64,000 nt of DNA from Candidatus Obscuribacterales bacterium (GCA_965228855.1 CBDDIJ010000003.1:1248001-1312000); one strand, 5' to 3'; shown: positions 48,136-58,923, counted from the first letter of the stretch. The notes: a model not told the origin generated them from the letters alone. Made by a program: numbers and translations.

Positions 48136-49170
48136 CTAGTTGGCTGGCGCAGCCGTGTGCGTGGGTCTGGCGCCTGCAAGACAGCAGGTGGGGGCACATT
48201 GTTCTTCGACCAAGCCCATCATCCCAATAACCTTAGGAGTCGCGCCTTCGGTTTTCTCCAGTATCAGATCGCGAATCATATTGACGAAGGCTGGGTGCGT
48301 GCCGGCTGTGGCAGCTCGAATCATGTTTAAACCGATCTCTTCAGAAAGTTCTTTCGCCTGCGTATCGATGTCGAATATCACTTCGAGATGATCGCAAATA
48401 AAACCCACTGGCAGAACGACAACATCCGTATAGCCACTAGCCTTAAGTTCTTTCAAATAGTCACAGATATCTGGCACCAGCCATGGTTGCGTCGGCGGTC
48501 CTGAGCGACTCTGAAAAACCAACTCCCAATCGTCGTGATGTACTTGCTCACATATCAGGCGGCTCGTCTCTCTGAGCTGTTTCTCGTATCCGCAGCTTTC
48601 CGCCATCGATGTAGGGATGCTATGTGCGCTGAACACGACTTTAGCTTTTTCGCGTCTGTCTGTATCCAGCTGATAGAGAGCGGTCGAGAGATGGTCGACG
48701 TTGGCTGTAATAAAACCGGGGTGATTGAAAAATATACGCAGTTTTTCGATCACGGGCGCATCATCACCGACCTTCGATCGCGCCTCATCTATGTTCTCAC
48801 GATACTGCCGGCAGCCGCTGTAGGAGCCGTATGCCGAGGTTATGAATGCGAGCGCTTTTTTGATACCATCGTCTCGCATCTTGCCAATCGTGTCTTCCAG
48901 CATGGGATGCCAGTTGCGATTTCCCCAGTAGACCGGCAGATCCGGACCGTTCTCTTTCAGAACCGCTTGTAATGCTGCTATGAGGTCGCGGTTGTGCTGA
49001 TTGATCGGGGAAACTCCGCCGAATTGGTCGTAATGCGTCGCCACCTCGGCCATTCGCTCAGGGGGGACGTTTCGCCCTCTGAGCACATTAGTTAAAAATG
49101 GAATTACATCCTCGGGACCTTCGGGTCCGCCGAAGGATACGAATAGGATTGCGTCGTAATCGGTCACCAT
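48136..49170 (-). CDS. hemH: Ferrochelatase
   Basis: SFGGPEGPEDVIPFL, GGVSPIN, FSAHSIP, FQSRSGPPTQPWLVPDI, GFICDHLEVIFDID. Confidence 0.93.
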   Translation of the reverse strand: MVTDYDAILFVSFGGPEGPEDVIPFLTNVLRGRNVPPERMAEVATHYDQFGGVSPINQHNRDLIAALQAVLKENGPDLPVYWGNRNWHPMLEDTIGKMRDDGIKKALAFITSAYGSYSGCRQYRENIDEARSKVGDDAPVIEKLRIFFNHPGFITANVDHLSTALYQLDTDRREKAKVVFSAHSIPTSMAESCGYEKQLRETSRLICEQVHHDDWELVFQSRSGPPTQPWLVPDICDYLKELKASGYTDVVVLPVGFICDHLEVIFDIDTQAKELSEEIGLNMIRAATAGTHPAFVNMIRDLILEKTEGATPKVIGMMGLVEEQCAPTCCLAGARPTHTAAPAN

Positions 49171-49261
49171 GAGTGCTACCTTCACCAGGGAAACTGTTGC
49201 AGCTTCTGGGTTTCTAAGCCTCCCATACTAGGCTGCTGGCGTGAACTTCGGGTGAATCGCG

Positions 49262-50845
49262 CTACACCTTTTTGACGAGATTCTCCCAATACTTGTCTCG
49301 AAGCGCCTTTTTGAAAATCTTACCGCTGCCAGTCTTTGGAAGTTCGTCTACGAATTCAACTGATTTTGGCGCTTTGTAGTGAGCCAGACGCTGTTTTACA
49401 AAATCGATGATATCGTCTTCGGTCGCTTCGATTTTTCCGTGCCGAACTATAACAGCTTTTATCGACTCACCCCACTTTTCATCAGGGATTCCAAAGATTG
49501 CGCACTCGAAGACTGCCGGGTGTTCGTACAAAACGTGTTCTACTTCCGTTGAGTACACGTTTTCGCCGCCGGTAATGATCATGTCCTTTTTGCGATCTAC
49601 GATGTTCAAGTATCCATCATTATCTACGACGGCGAGGTCACCAGTGTAAATCCAACCGTTTTTGATCGTGTCGGCGGTGATTTCCGGCTTGTTCCAATAG
49701 CCCTTCGTGACATTCGGACCTCGCGCAATAATTTCACCGACGTCTTCGCTGTTGCGCCTTACGTCCTTGCCGTCCGGATCTACGACTCTCACATCCACGC
49801 CTATGAAGGGGCGTCCCGTCTTCGCCTTTAATTCGAGCAACTTATGTTCGGGCAAATTCTTATGGCTGTCCATCGGAAGAGAGATAGTTAAAAACGGGCT
49901 GGTCTCTGTCATTCCATAGAACTGCGCATAATCACAACGAAACACTTCAGCGACCTGACGCACCAGTTCTGGTGCCACTGGCGAACCGGCGGTGAGAATA
50001 TACCTTAAACTGTTGTATGTGTACTCCCAGACGTTGTGAGCTTCTAGCAATGTATTCAGCATCGTGGGTACAAGAGCCGTCATGGTCACGTTCTCGCGCT
50101 CAATAGCCTGCATGACTTCGGTAGGCTTGAACTGGGGCAGAAAAACGTGCTTCCCTCCAGCCCAGGTGATAGCCCATATCGCCCAGGCGTCGACAAGGTG
50201 AAACATCGGGGCTACGTGCAACCAGACGTCCGAATCCCTGATGTTCAGTTCCGATACTGCTCCAAGCGCGTTGAACGCCGCATTCATCTGGGTCAGCATG
50301 ACTCCTTTGGCTGTTCCTGTGGTGCCACTTGTGTAGTACAACTGCGCAAGGTCATCACTGGTGGCAACAGGTTCTGGCAACGAAGCGCCCCATTTTGACA
50401 TCAAGAACGGCTCATACTTTTGCGAGTCGGTCGACAGTGCTGGCGGTGCTCCGGCACCCAGCCATAAAATCTGCTTGACAGTCGGGGCACCGGCATCGAA
50501 GACCGCTTTGATCTGCTGGCCGAATTCAGTGTGACCCACGAAAATCTTGGCATCGGAGTCTTTAAGAATGGCCCGTATCTCTTCTGTTTTCAATCTGTAA
50601 TTCAAAGGGTTTAAAACTGCTGCCATAAAGGACGCGGCATAGTAGAGTTCCAAGTATTCGTGGCAGTTCAACGTCATGCAGGCGATTACATCGCCCTTCT
50701 TCACACCAGCCTCAGATAGAGCTGCGATCAGAGCTGCGACACGTTTGCCAAGCTCTTCGTAGTTCATTTTCTTTTGACCGTCTGCGATAGCTTCGCGTTC
50801 CGGCCAGAGCGCGACGGCGCGCATCAACGATTGGTTTAGATGCAT
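49262..50845 (-). CDS. Long-chain fatty acid-CoA ligase (ANL adenylate-forming)
   Basis: YYTSGTTGTAKG, YGMTETSP, YTGDLA, DRKKDMIITGGENVY, PKTGSGKI. Confidence 0.93.
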   Translation of the reverse strand: MHLNQSLMRAVALWPEREAIADGQKKMNYEELGKRVAALIAALSEAGVKKGDVIACMTLNCHEYLELYYAASFMAAVLNPLNYRLKTEEIRAILKDSDAKIFVGHTEFGQQIKAVFDAGAPTVKQILWLGAGAPPALSTDSQKYEPFLMSKWGASLPEPVATSDDLAQLYYTSGTTGTAKGVMLTQMNAAFNALGAVSELNIRDSDVWLHVAPMFHLVDAWAIWAITWAGGKHVFLPQFKPTEVMQAIERENVTMTALVPTMLNTLLEAHNVWEYTYNSLRYILTAGSPVAPELVRQVAEVFRCDYAQFYGMTETSPFLTISLPMDSHKNLPEHKLLELKAKTGRPFIGVDVRVVDPDGKDVRRNSEDVGEIIARGPNVTKGYWNKPEITADTIKNGWIYTGDLAVVDNDGYLNIVDRKKDMIITGGENVYSTEVEHVLYEHPAVFECAIFGIPDEKWGESIKAVIVRHGKIEATEDDIIDFVKQRLAHYKAPKSVEFVDELPKTGSGKIFKKALRDKYWENLVKKV

Positions 50846-51075
50846 GAGTTGTCAATGTCCGATTGAAGGGCGTAGAAAGGGAATTTTAGACTTAATGCAG
50901 TCTGTTTGTTCGCGGATTGAAGAAAGTCATTAGTATTTAATGATCATTGCCAGCCGTGCGGTTTTCAGCTGGTATCCTATGCAGATACCGCGATTCACGC
51001 CCCGCCGGGCGACTCGAGCGGATCGTCAGCTTAGGCTGCGCGATTAGTATTACAACGGGTAGAAGGTGTTCGAAA

Positions 51076-52335
51076 ATGAGTCAAGTAAAAGAGAAAATGT
51101 ATAACGGAATCAAAGTCCCGGAAGGCGAGATCGTCAAATTCCAAGACGGCAAACCGGTCGTTCCGGCAAAGCCGATTATTCCGTTTATCGAAGGCGACGG
51201 CACCGGCCGCGACATCTGGAAAGCTTCGAAACTGGTATTTGATGCAGCCGTGAAAAAAGCATACAAAGGCGAGCGCGAAATCGCTTGGTTTGAAGTTCTT
51301 GCTGGCGAGAAAGCATTCGACCAAACTAAAGATTGGCTTCCGCAAGACACCATCGCAGCCCTCAAAGAATTCGGCGTTGCCATCAAAGGACCGCTCACGA
51401 CACCCGTTGGTGGTGGCATTCGTAGTTTGAACGTTTCGCTCCGTCAAATTTTCGATCTCTATGCTTGCGTCCGTCCAGTCAAATGGTATACCGGTGTGCC
51501 ATCGCCCGTGACATCACCTGAAAAACTAGATGTCGTCATCTTCCGCGAAAACACCGAAGACGTATACGCGGGAATCGAGTATCCATCGGGTTCTCCTGAA
51601 GCTAAGAAAATAATCGAAGCAATCGAAAGCGTTAGTCCGGACAAAAAGATTCGTCCGGACTCCGGCATCGGTATCAAGCCGGTTTCAAAAACCGGTTCGC
51701 AACGACTCGTTCGTCGCGCTATCGAGTACGCAATCGAACACAACAAACCATCAGTGACCTTGATGCACAAAGGAAACATCATGAAGTTCACCGAAGGCGC
51801 ATTCAAGGATTGGGGCTACGAAGTAGCGGAGAAAGAATTCGGCGATAAGACCATCTCCGAGGAAAAGCTCTGGGCTGAACACGACGGCAAAATGCCTGCC
51901 GGCAAGGTTCTTATCAAAGACCGGATCGCCGATTCGATGTTCCAACAAATCTTGTTGAGACCTGATGAGTACTCAGTAATCGCAACCACTAACTTGAACG
52001 GTGACTATCTTTCCGATGCTTGCGCTGCTCAAGTCGGCGGGCTCGGAATCGCTCCTGGTGCCAACATCGGTGACAATTGCGCAATCTTCGAAGCTACCCA
52101 CGGTACCGCTCCGAAGTACGCAGACAAAGACGTAATCAATCCAGGTTCCGTAATTCTGTCAGGCGTCATGATGTTTGAGTTCCTCGGCTGGACCGAAGCC
52201 TCTGAGATGATCAAAGCGGCTCTCGCGAAGACCATCCAACAGAAGAAAGTAACGTACGACATGGAACGTTTGATGACCGGAGCAACCAAAGTAAAAACTT
52301 CGGAATTTGCTCAGCACATCATCGAAAACATGTAA
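51076..52335 (+). CDS. icd: NADP-dependent isocitrate dehydrogenase (homodimeric type)
   Basis: [69 protein letters not shown] before ATG 51076. Confidence 0.97.
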   Translation: MSQVKEKMYNGIKVPEGEIVKFQDGKPVVPAKPIIPFIEGDGTGRDIWKASKLVFDAAVKKAYKGEREIAWFEVLAGEKAFDQTKDWLPQDTIAALKEFGVAIKGPLTTPVGGGIRSLNVSLRQIFDLYACVRPVKWYTGVPSPVTSPEKLDVVIFRENTEDVYAGIEYPSGSPEAKKIIEAIESVSPDKKIRPDSGIGIKPVSKTGSQRLVRRAIEYAIEHNKPSVTLMHKGNIMKFTEGAFKDWGYEVAEKEFGDKTISEEKLWAEHDGKMPAGKVLIKDRIADSMFQQILLRPDEYSVIATTNLNGDYLSDACAAQVGGLGIAPGANIGDNCAIFEATHGTAPKYADKDVINPGSVILSGVMMFEFLGWTEASEMIKAALAKTIQQKKVTYDMERLMTGATKVKTSEFAQHIIENM

Positions 52336-52397
52336 TCAGGTTTAATTACTTGATTGCTCGAAGCATCGAGAAATCACAGTGAAAGCAAACCTACGAG

Positions 52398-52427
52398 AGG
52401 GCGGCCGATGGTCGCCCTTTTGCTTTT
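52398..52427 (+). terminator. Intrinsic terminator after icd
   Basis: AGGGCGGCC-GAT-GGTCGCCCT then TTTGCTTTT. Confidence 0.85.
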
Positions 52428-52506
52428 GGATTTGCAACATCAGTGAACTTTTGCGCTACTTTGTTGATACTAGTGAGCTACTGCGAATCCCGTCACCGGA
52501 GTTGAT

Positions 52507-53763
52507 ATGAAGAGAGCTGTTGGATCTATTCTCGCCTTGTCGTTTATCTTGTGCGGCTGTGCGAGCCAGAAGACTCCCGAGCATCTGAGCTCACAAGCTG
52601 ATACGAATATCGCTGCCGGCAAGTACAGAAAAGCGCTCGCTCAATATAATGAAGCAATTGCGGTCAGTGATAAAGACTCAGCACTCTTCGCCAAGCGAGC
52701 CACGGTGAAGTCTCTATTGATGGACTACGATTCCGCTCTTGTGGACTACAATCGGGCGATCGTGTTGCGACCGAGTGTTGGTTGGTATTACTCGAAGCGC
52801 GCAATGGTGCTGGGCGAATTAAACAGACCACAGGACGCGATCGTCAGTGCAAATCGGGCACTGGAGCTGGAGGGAAATGATCCTCAGACTCTTGCTTATC
52901 GTGCAAATGCCTATGCGCAAATGGGTCAGTACGATCGCGGACTCGCTGATGCGCTTCAAGCCAAACATGGCGGTGACCTTGTCTACACATACAAAGTTTT
53001 GGGAACTTGCTACATCCATTTAGGAAAACCGGACGAAGCCATCGACTGCCTGCAGAAAGCTATCGATCTCAATCAGAAGGAACCGAGCTTATTGTGCTTG
53101 AAAGCCGAAGCCGAGATGCAAAAGCTGGATTTGAAGCAGGCGATAAACACAGCAAAGCGTGCTCAAGCTCTGAACCCGAATGCAATCGAGCCATATTCGT
53201 GTCTTGCCCGGGCCTATTTGCTCTCTGGCGATTTCTCCAGAGCCAAAGAGAACATCGATAGAGTTTCTGCGCAGTCGGAAAGGGACGGCAAAGCGCTGCG
53301 AACTGTTTACCTCATGGCTTCGAATGAGATGGAGAAGGCCCTTGCTTCAGCACTTGCGGTGGTCGAGGACCGACCTACGCCGGAGTCAAAGCAGACTCTG
53401 GCCGAAGCGTATATATTCAATGGGCGAGCTAAAGAAGCGTTGGATATCTGTGATGGACTCGCAAAAGAGCATCCGAAGCTGGCCTCGATTCAACGTGGAC
53501 GAGCGATGGCGTTGCTGGCTTTAAATCGCAACCAAGAAGCGCGCGATGCAGCGTCCCAATCAATCGCGATGCTGAGCTACAACCCTATCGCGTTTCGACT
53601 TAGAGCAGAGGCGCTTCAACGCATGGGCAACAGCGTCGATGCTCATGCCGACCGCTTGATGGCCGAAAGGCTGGGATATGCAAATAGCTTGCCGCAGGAG
53701 AGAATCCTGACGAGTTTGAAGAGCACAATCGCTAATAGACGAGAGGATGCCGGTGCGCTGTAA
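52507..53763 (+). CDS. TPR-repeat lipoprotein
   Basis: MKR..LCGC lipobox; many TPRs. Confidence 0.85.
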   Translation: MKRAVGSILALSFILCGCASQKTPEHLSSQADTNIAAGKYRKALAQYNEAIAVSDKDSALFAKRATVKSLLMDYDSALVDYNRAIVLRPSVGWYYSKRAMVLGELNRPQDAIVSANRALELEGNDPQTLAYRANAYAQMGQYDRGLADALQAKHGGDLVYTYKVLGTCYIHLGKPDEAIDCLQKAIDLNQKEPSLLCLKAEAEMQKLDLKQAINTAKRAQALNPNAIEPYSCLARAYLLSGDFSRAKENIDRVSAQSERDGKALRTVYLMASNEMEKALASALAVVEDRPTPESKQTLAEAYIFNGRAKEALDICDGLAKEHPKLASIQRGRAMALLALNRNQEARDAASQSIAMLSYNPIAFRLRAEALQRMGNSVDAHADRLMAERLGYANSLPQERILTSLKSTIANRREDAGAL

Positions 53764-53853
53764 AGATGCTCTGCGTCAGGCAGGAGGTTTCTGGGAATAA
53801 AACCTTAGCGACTGCGTCCTCACTGGAGTCATGGCTTTTCGCCGAATCAAACG

Positions 53854-56250
53854 TTGCTTGAAACTAACAATCCTGATAGTCCCGAAACGTGCGACAAGTG
53901 CGGGAAATCGCGCTCGTTGGGGAACGGCTCGCTGACGCAGTGGATTGTCGCTTGCCAATGTTTTGAAAATTCTTCCTCCATTCCGACGCTTGGCACCGTC
54001 ACCAAACTTTGTTCAACTTGCGGAAAGGCAGTTTCGGAAGGGCGGCAAGGTTCGATGACGCAATGGATCTTTCGTATCGACACATGTCAGTGCGCAAATC
54101 CCACCGTTATCTTTGGTAAGGCTTCCGGAATTCCGTCTGTCAGCGCTTTCGACCTGCCGGGGGTGGAATCGGCAGCGCGATATGGGGAGTTGAATTCAGT
54201 CATCACCGGCGGTGTCGTATTGAATGACGAGCCGGCCCTCGAGGTTGACCCTGATAAATTTCCGTCGGACCGATACAAAGCCCTAGAGCTTCTTGGAGAA
54301 GGGATGAACGGAATTGTTTTCCGCGCACACGATACCCTCCTGGCAAGAACTGTTGCGATCAAATCCGTACGCGTATCCACCAGATTGACAGCTGAACAGG
54401 TATTGCAATTTCAACGGGAAGCTAAAGCGACGAGCCAATTGGAGCACCGTAATCTAATTCAGGTTTTTGATTTTGGTATTACTACCGGCGGTGTCCCCTT
54501 TCTGGTGATGGAATTCTTCCGAGGATACACGCTGACTTCGCTGATCGAACGCGAAAAATGCTTGCCTGTCATATTAGCCGTTCAGCTTCTGATTGAAATT
54601 TGCCGGGGGATCGAACATGCGCATCAACGTGGTGTCATGCACCGCGATCTCAAGTCGAACAACATCTTGCTTTTACCTCCCGACCACGACGATTATTGGA
54701 GTTGTAAAATAATTGATTTTGGACTAGCCGCTTTACCGGCAACTTCCCTCGACTCTGCTGATAGACGTGAGAGCGCGATGATCGGCTCCCCCGCCTATAT
54801 GTCGCCTGAGCAGGTTCGAGGATACTCTATTGATTATCGCAGCGATATTTATGCTCTCGGTTGCATTCTTTTTGAAATGCTCACCGGCGAGGTTCCTTTC
54901 GTCGGTGATTCAGCTCTTGCCACTATGATGATGCACATTGACCAGGTGCCACCGCTGGTAAGTGATCGTAAGACCGGCTTGCTATGCGGAGAAACTATCG
55001 ATGCAATAGTTTCTAAAACTCTTCAAAAGAATGCAGCGGACCGGTTTGAATCGGTTACTGAACTAAAAGAGGAACTCAAGAATTTGCTGGTCCAGATAGA
55101 GTCAGAGGAGAGTTCAAAACTCGCTACAGTTGAATCGGAACCAATAATCGCAGGATTGAAATCGAACGAAAGGCGCAAACCTAAGTTCGTTTATTCTCTC
55201 CTGTTTGGTTGCGTAAGCATAGTCTTGCTGGCGGTTCTTGGTCTCAATGCCATACGATTGAGACCAGCTCCAAAACCTGAACCAAATATGACTGCCACTA
55301 TGCACAGTGATAAAGACTTCTTCGGACTTCCTCCGGTACCGGAAGATGAATTGAAAGCTCACAGCTATCCCATGACTCCTCGCGATAGGCATCAAGCGGG
55401 ACTTATTGAACAGGACAACCTCTACCTGTCGAAAAACCAAAACCTCTACATCAAGGGCTATACGCTAAGAGGTGGTGCGGACGCAGATGACGAGTCGTTA
55501 AGTGTCTTGGAAGACCCGGGTAAATTCCCTGAGGTGGAGGAACTCGTGATGAGGGGAACCAGCTTTCATGGACCCGGATTGCGCTTCCTAAGCAACCGGC
55601 GAATCAAATATGTCGACCTTTCTGAGAACCAATTGTCACTATCAGCGATACCACTACTTGCGAAGTTACCTGAACTGACTCGTGCCTCACTCAATCATTG
55701 CGTTATTGCTGATGGAAGTGATTTCACACCACTTGCAGGCTGCAAAAAACTACAGGAACTTTCAGTAAGTGACTCCAAGTTGAGCGATCGTATGGTAGAG
55801 CAACTGTGTAAGACAAAATCGCTGCTCAGCCTCAATTTGGCTGAAAATCCAGGCGTTTCAGATTCAGTTGTACCGGACTTGTGTTCACTGCCCAGTCTCG
55901 GCAGTTTAGACATCGGCGATACATCTATTAGCAGCAGAGGCTTCCTTCAACTAACAAGGAAAGGGTCGCTTCTCATGCTGAACGGAAATACTATTCCGCT
56001 GTCTGATGGAGAGCTTCTTCAATTAATCGATATCTTGAATACGAAAAACATGCAGTCGCTGTCGATCAATTGCAATCTGATAAGCGATGACGCTGCGCTC
56101 AAGCTACTGTCTGTGCGATCATCCTGCGCCGCGCTCGACCTGCGAGGTGGACGTAATTTCAAGGGAGGCACGCGCGCAAAGTTAAAGTCGGTTTGGCCAT
56201 CCTGTTTCGATTTTGATGACACTCTCTCCCCGAGGACGGGTCGTGACTGA
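53854..56250 (+). CDS. Ser/Thr kinase: tandem Cys motifs, kinase, TM, leucine-rich repeats (paralog of 45560)
   Basis: GEGMNGIVF, VAIK, HRDLKSNN, DFGLA, GSPAYMSPEQ; TM; LPSLGSLDIGDT-type LRRs. Confidence 0.9.
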   Translation: MLETNNPDSPETCDKCGKSRSLGNGSLTQWIVACQCFENSSSIPTLGTVTKLCSTCGKAVSEGRQGSMTQWIFRIDTCQCANPTVIFGKASGIPSVSAFDLPGVESAARYGELNSVITGGVVLNDEPALEVDPDKFPSDRYKALELLGEGMNGIVFRAHDTLLARTVAIKSVRVSTRLTAEQVLQFQREAKATSQLEHRNLIQVFDFGITTGGVPFLVMEFFRGYTLTSLIEREKCLPVILAVQLLIEICRGIEHAHQRGVMHRDLKSNNILLLPPDHDDYWSCKIIDFGLAALPATSLDSADRRESAMIGSPAYMSPEQVRGYSIDYRSDIYALGCILFEMLTGEVPFVGDSALATMMMHIDQVPPLVSDRKTGLLCGETIDAIVSKTLQKNAADRFESVTELKEELKNLLVQIESEESSKLATVESEPIIAGLKSNERRKPKFVYSLLFGCVSIVLLAVLGLNAIRLRPAPKPEPNMTATMHSDKDFFGLPPVPEDELKAHSYPMTPRDRHQAGLIEQDNLYLSKNQNLYIKGYTLRGGADADDESLSVLEDPGKFPEVEELVMRGTSFHGPGLRFLSNRRIKYVDLSENQLSLSAIPLLAKLPELTRASLNHCVIADGSDFTPLAGCKKLQELSVSDSKLSDRMVEQLCKTKSLLSLNLAENPGVSDSVVPDLCSLPSLGSLDIGDTSISSRGFLQLTRKGSLLMLNGNTIPLSDGELLQLIDILNTKNMQSLSINCNLISDDAALKLLSVRSSCAALDLRGGRNFKGGTRAKLKSVWPSCFDFDDTLSPRTGRD

Positions 56251-56260
56251 GGTTTTCAAT

Positions 56261-57688
56261 TTACTTGTTGAGATTCGGCCAGCTCATAATCTCTTGATCG
56301 CTAATATTTGCGAATGGATCAAAGTTAGGACTTGCCGGTGTCAGTTTTTGTTTTTGCAATTTCGGATCTGCCAGAGACATGGCAACGGCATCCAGTTCTA
56401 CCGGCTTGATGGCAGGCAGTACCACACCGGATACGTCCGTCTTAATCTGTTGCAATTCGAGAAGTCTGGCCTTGGCTCGCGCAATCTGTTTTTCTCTTAG
56501 AGCTTTGAGTTTAGCCGCTTTTGCATCAAGCTCTCTTTTCTTTTGCGCAAGCAGAAGTGCTTCAGTTTGTTTCTTGATGATTTCTTCCTGGGCTGCTTTC
56601 TCAAGCATAGCTTTGCGGGCGCGATATGCGCGGATGTATGCGAGAATCTTTCCGTAGTTCCAGGTCATGCGAAAATTCCAGCCTGTTACCTTCGACTCTG
56701 CGGGAAATTCCAGTATGCGAGAATGATTCAAGGTCTGAATGGTTTTGAGAAGTGCTTTGTTCAAGACACCATCACCGGTGCTTGCATAAATGTGTCCGCG
56801 CAGATTCCCGCGTCGGTCGATGCTGAAAATACAAGCGGCCCGACCAGTCACCTGATTTTTAGCGTCTTGTCCCAGATACGCGGTCAAGACGTGCTGGAAT
56901 GAGCGGGTAAAGCGAGCTATCCAGGCGTCCCACGCTGGTGTGTTTTCTGGAGATTGGCGAAACTTTGTCAGTCCATCGGAATGGCTTGCCCATTTTGAAG
57001 CATAGATTCCTTTGCTCTTGTCCACAAGATCCATCATGTCTTCCATCGGCATTGAATTGGCCGCCCAGCTTTTGTACGTTTTCTTTCCTTGCATCTCTTT
57101 TGCTTTGTCTACACCCTGGCGAACCATGTTGCGACCTTGCTTCCAGATATCGTCCATCGACCCGAAAAATACCGGCGGCGGCATTTCGATGTCACCAGAG
57201 GTGGTGACCTTGGCCGTCGGCTTTTCTTTGCTGAACATTTGCCCGAAACTGTTTCCCAACATGCCGAACCAATCGGTCTTTGGCGTGACCACAGAGGGAA
57301 CTTTGGGAAGTCGCTCTCCGTCACTTTCTGCAACTTGCTTAGCCAGGCTGGTGAGCACCTCCGGCGGGCAAAGTCGAGCGGCCCACTCCAACTGATCTAG
57401 AGCACCTGCATCATCACCAATGTGTTGTTTGAGTAGACCAAGATAGTAATGTGAAATTCCGTCACCTGGATTTTTCTCTAAATCATCTTGCAAAAGAGCT
57501 GCTGCCTTTTCGACGTTGCCGGCCTTATACTCTTTTATTGCTTGTTTAATTATGGGATTTGAAGCCGCTCCCGATAAGAGTTCCGCCTCATTATCCGCTG
57601 CGAAACATCGTTGTTCACTAAGTGCGAACTGTCCGCACAGTAGAATGCTGATTGTGAACGCGATAGACTTTGTTCGGATAGACAACAT
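56261..57688 (-). CDS. Exported TPR + TonB-C-like domain + coiled-coil protein
   Basis: Signal peptide, HYYLGLLKQHIGD TPR, CIFSIDRRGNL...STGDGVLNKALL...LEFP TonB-C-like pattern. Confidence 0.65.
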   Translation of the reverse strand: MLSIRTKSIAFTISILLCGQFALSEQRCFAADNEAELLSGAASNPIIKQAIKEYKAGNVEKAAALLQDDLEKNPGDGISHYYLGLLKQHIGDDAGALDQLEWAARLCPPEVLTSLAKQVAESDGERLPKVPSVVTPKTDWFGMLGNSFGQMFSKEKPTAKVTTSGDIEMPPPVFFGSMDDIWKQGRNMVRQGVDKAKEMQGKKTYKSWAANSMPMEDMMDLVDKSKGIYASKWASHSDGLTKFRQSPENTPAWDAWIARFTRSFQHVLTAYLGQDAKNQVTGRAACIFSIDRRGNLRGHIYASTGDGVLNKALLKTIQTLNHSRILEFPAESKVTGWNFRMTWNYGKILAYIRAYRARKAMLEKAAQEEIIKKQTEALLLAQKKRELDAKAAKLKALREKQIARAKARLLELQQIKTDVSGVVLPAIKPVELDAVAMSLADPKLQKQKLTPASPNFDPFANISDQEIMSWPNLNK

Positions 57689-57696
57689 CTGTTTTT

Positions 57697-58908
57697 CTAA
57701 CTATGACCGCGAATTACGCCGAGCTCCTGCAGCGCGTCGTCGACGCTGATACCACTCTGTTGGCTGTAGTTGAATGCTATAAACGCTTGCTCTGTTCCGA
57801 GGATTCGCTCTCTGACAAGTGAGTAGCAGCGCAATGCCGATTTTAACGTTGATTCGTCTATGCAGCCGGCGACAAGCAGCATTCGACCAAGGATTTGCGG
57901 ATTGTCCACGCTAACTTCGATGGCGCGCTTTATGTCATCATCGCTAACTACACCTACCAAAGTCAGGAACTGACTTAAGGAAACTGATACCGGTGGCAGT
58001 GGCATCTCCTCTTCGGAAGCTTTTCTCGCCGTACCACCGGCGCCGTAGTGGTCAATTTCTGTTAAACGACTTGCTGCCCACAGAGGAGTAATCTCCCCGG
58101 AGGAGACCGAACGCTGGTAGTTAAGTGCTGCGTCCAGAACGTCCTTACTGATGTATTGAAGTTCGACGAGAACTTGCCCAATAGGTTTTTTATTCAACAA
58201 ACCAACTTCTACTGCGTACATCAAATCTGATTCGCTCATCAGACCGGCCAGTACGAGCAATTCCCCAAGGCGAATGGTGTGACGAGCCGGAAGGCGATAA
58301 TAACCGCGTTCGATTAGCGGCAGTTCGACCGCGACCTGCCGTTCCTTCGCTGCACGCAAACCCTGGATCGCTTGTTCCTTGGTGACCTTTCCATCACGAA
58401 TTAAAATCTGAGCATTCAAAGCGGACGACAACAGGGCTTCCGATAGCACCAGATTCAGTACCAGAAGTCGGCCGAACGGGACACCGGAAGAACGGCTTTT
58501 CATAAGAGCATCTTGCAGTTGTTCGTTTGTCACATATCCGGCTTCGATCAACAACTCACCGAGCTTGTTGGTACTAACTTCTCCAGGGCGTGACCAGCCG
58601 ATCTGTTCAAGGGCTTGCTCCAGACTCAGTTTGGTCCTCAGCAGAATCGCCGCTACCTGTTTTGCCGCCACCTGATCTATCAGATTGTCTTTGAGCAACG
58701 ACTGCAATTGCACAGCTGCCTGTAGATTTTCTTCCGTGACAAAGGATGACATAATGAGAACGCGACCCACGGGAAGACCCACTTCTCGTGCCAGGTTCAG
58801 CGCCTGAGTCAGATCTTGACCGGAAATCATTCCGATATCGATCAGCACTTGCCCGAGTCTATGATCCGCTTTAACGTCTTTTTCGTCTAGCTTTGGGTTG
58901 TCTACCAC
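57697..58908 (-). CDS. Stand-alone MshEN/T2SSE_N-repeat protein
   Basis: RLGQVLIDIGMIS, KLGELLIEAGYVT, RLGELLVLAGLMS plus PxGRxL half-repeats; shares QILIRDGKVT/QVLVRDGKIT with 44223. Confidence 0.75.
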   Translation of the reverse strand: MVDNPKLDEKDVKADHRLGQVLIDIGMISGQDLTQALNLAREVGLPVGRVLIMSSFVTEENLQAAVQLQSLLKDNLIDQVAAKQVAAILLRTKLSLEQALEQIGWSRPGEVSTNKLGELLIEAGYVTNEQLQDALMKSRSSGVPFGRLLVLNLVLSEALLSSALNAQILIRDGKVTKEQAIQGLRAAKERQVAVELPLIERGYYRLPARHTIRLGELLVLAGLMSESDLMYAVEVGLLNKKPIGQVLVELQYISKDVLDAALNYQRSVSSGEITPLWAASRLTEIDHYGAGGTARKASEEEMPLPPVSVSLSQFLTLVGVVSDDDIKRAIEVSVDNPQILGRMLLVAGCIDESTLKSALRCYSLVRERILGTEQAFIAFNYSQQSGISVDDALQELGVIRGHS

Positions 58909-58923
58909 GATATGCTTCCTGAG

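Noticed and set aside
50947..51075. 43-aa N-terminal extension of icd
   Set aside because: SD sits before ATG 51076 and the IDH-like sequence begins there
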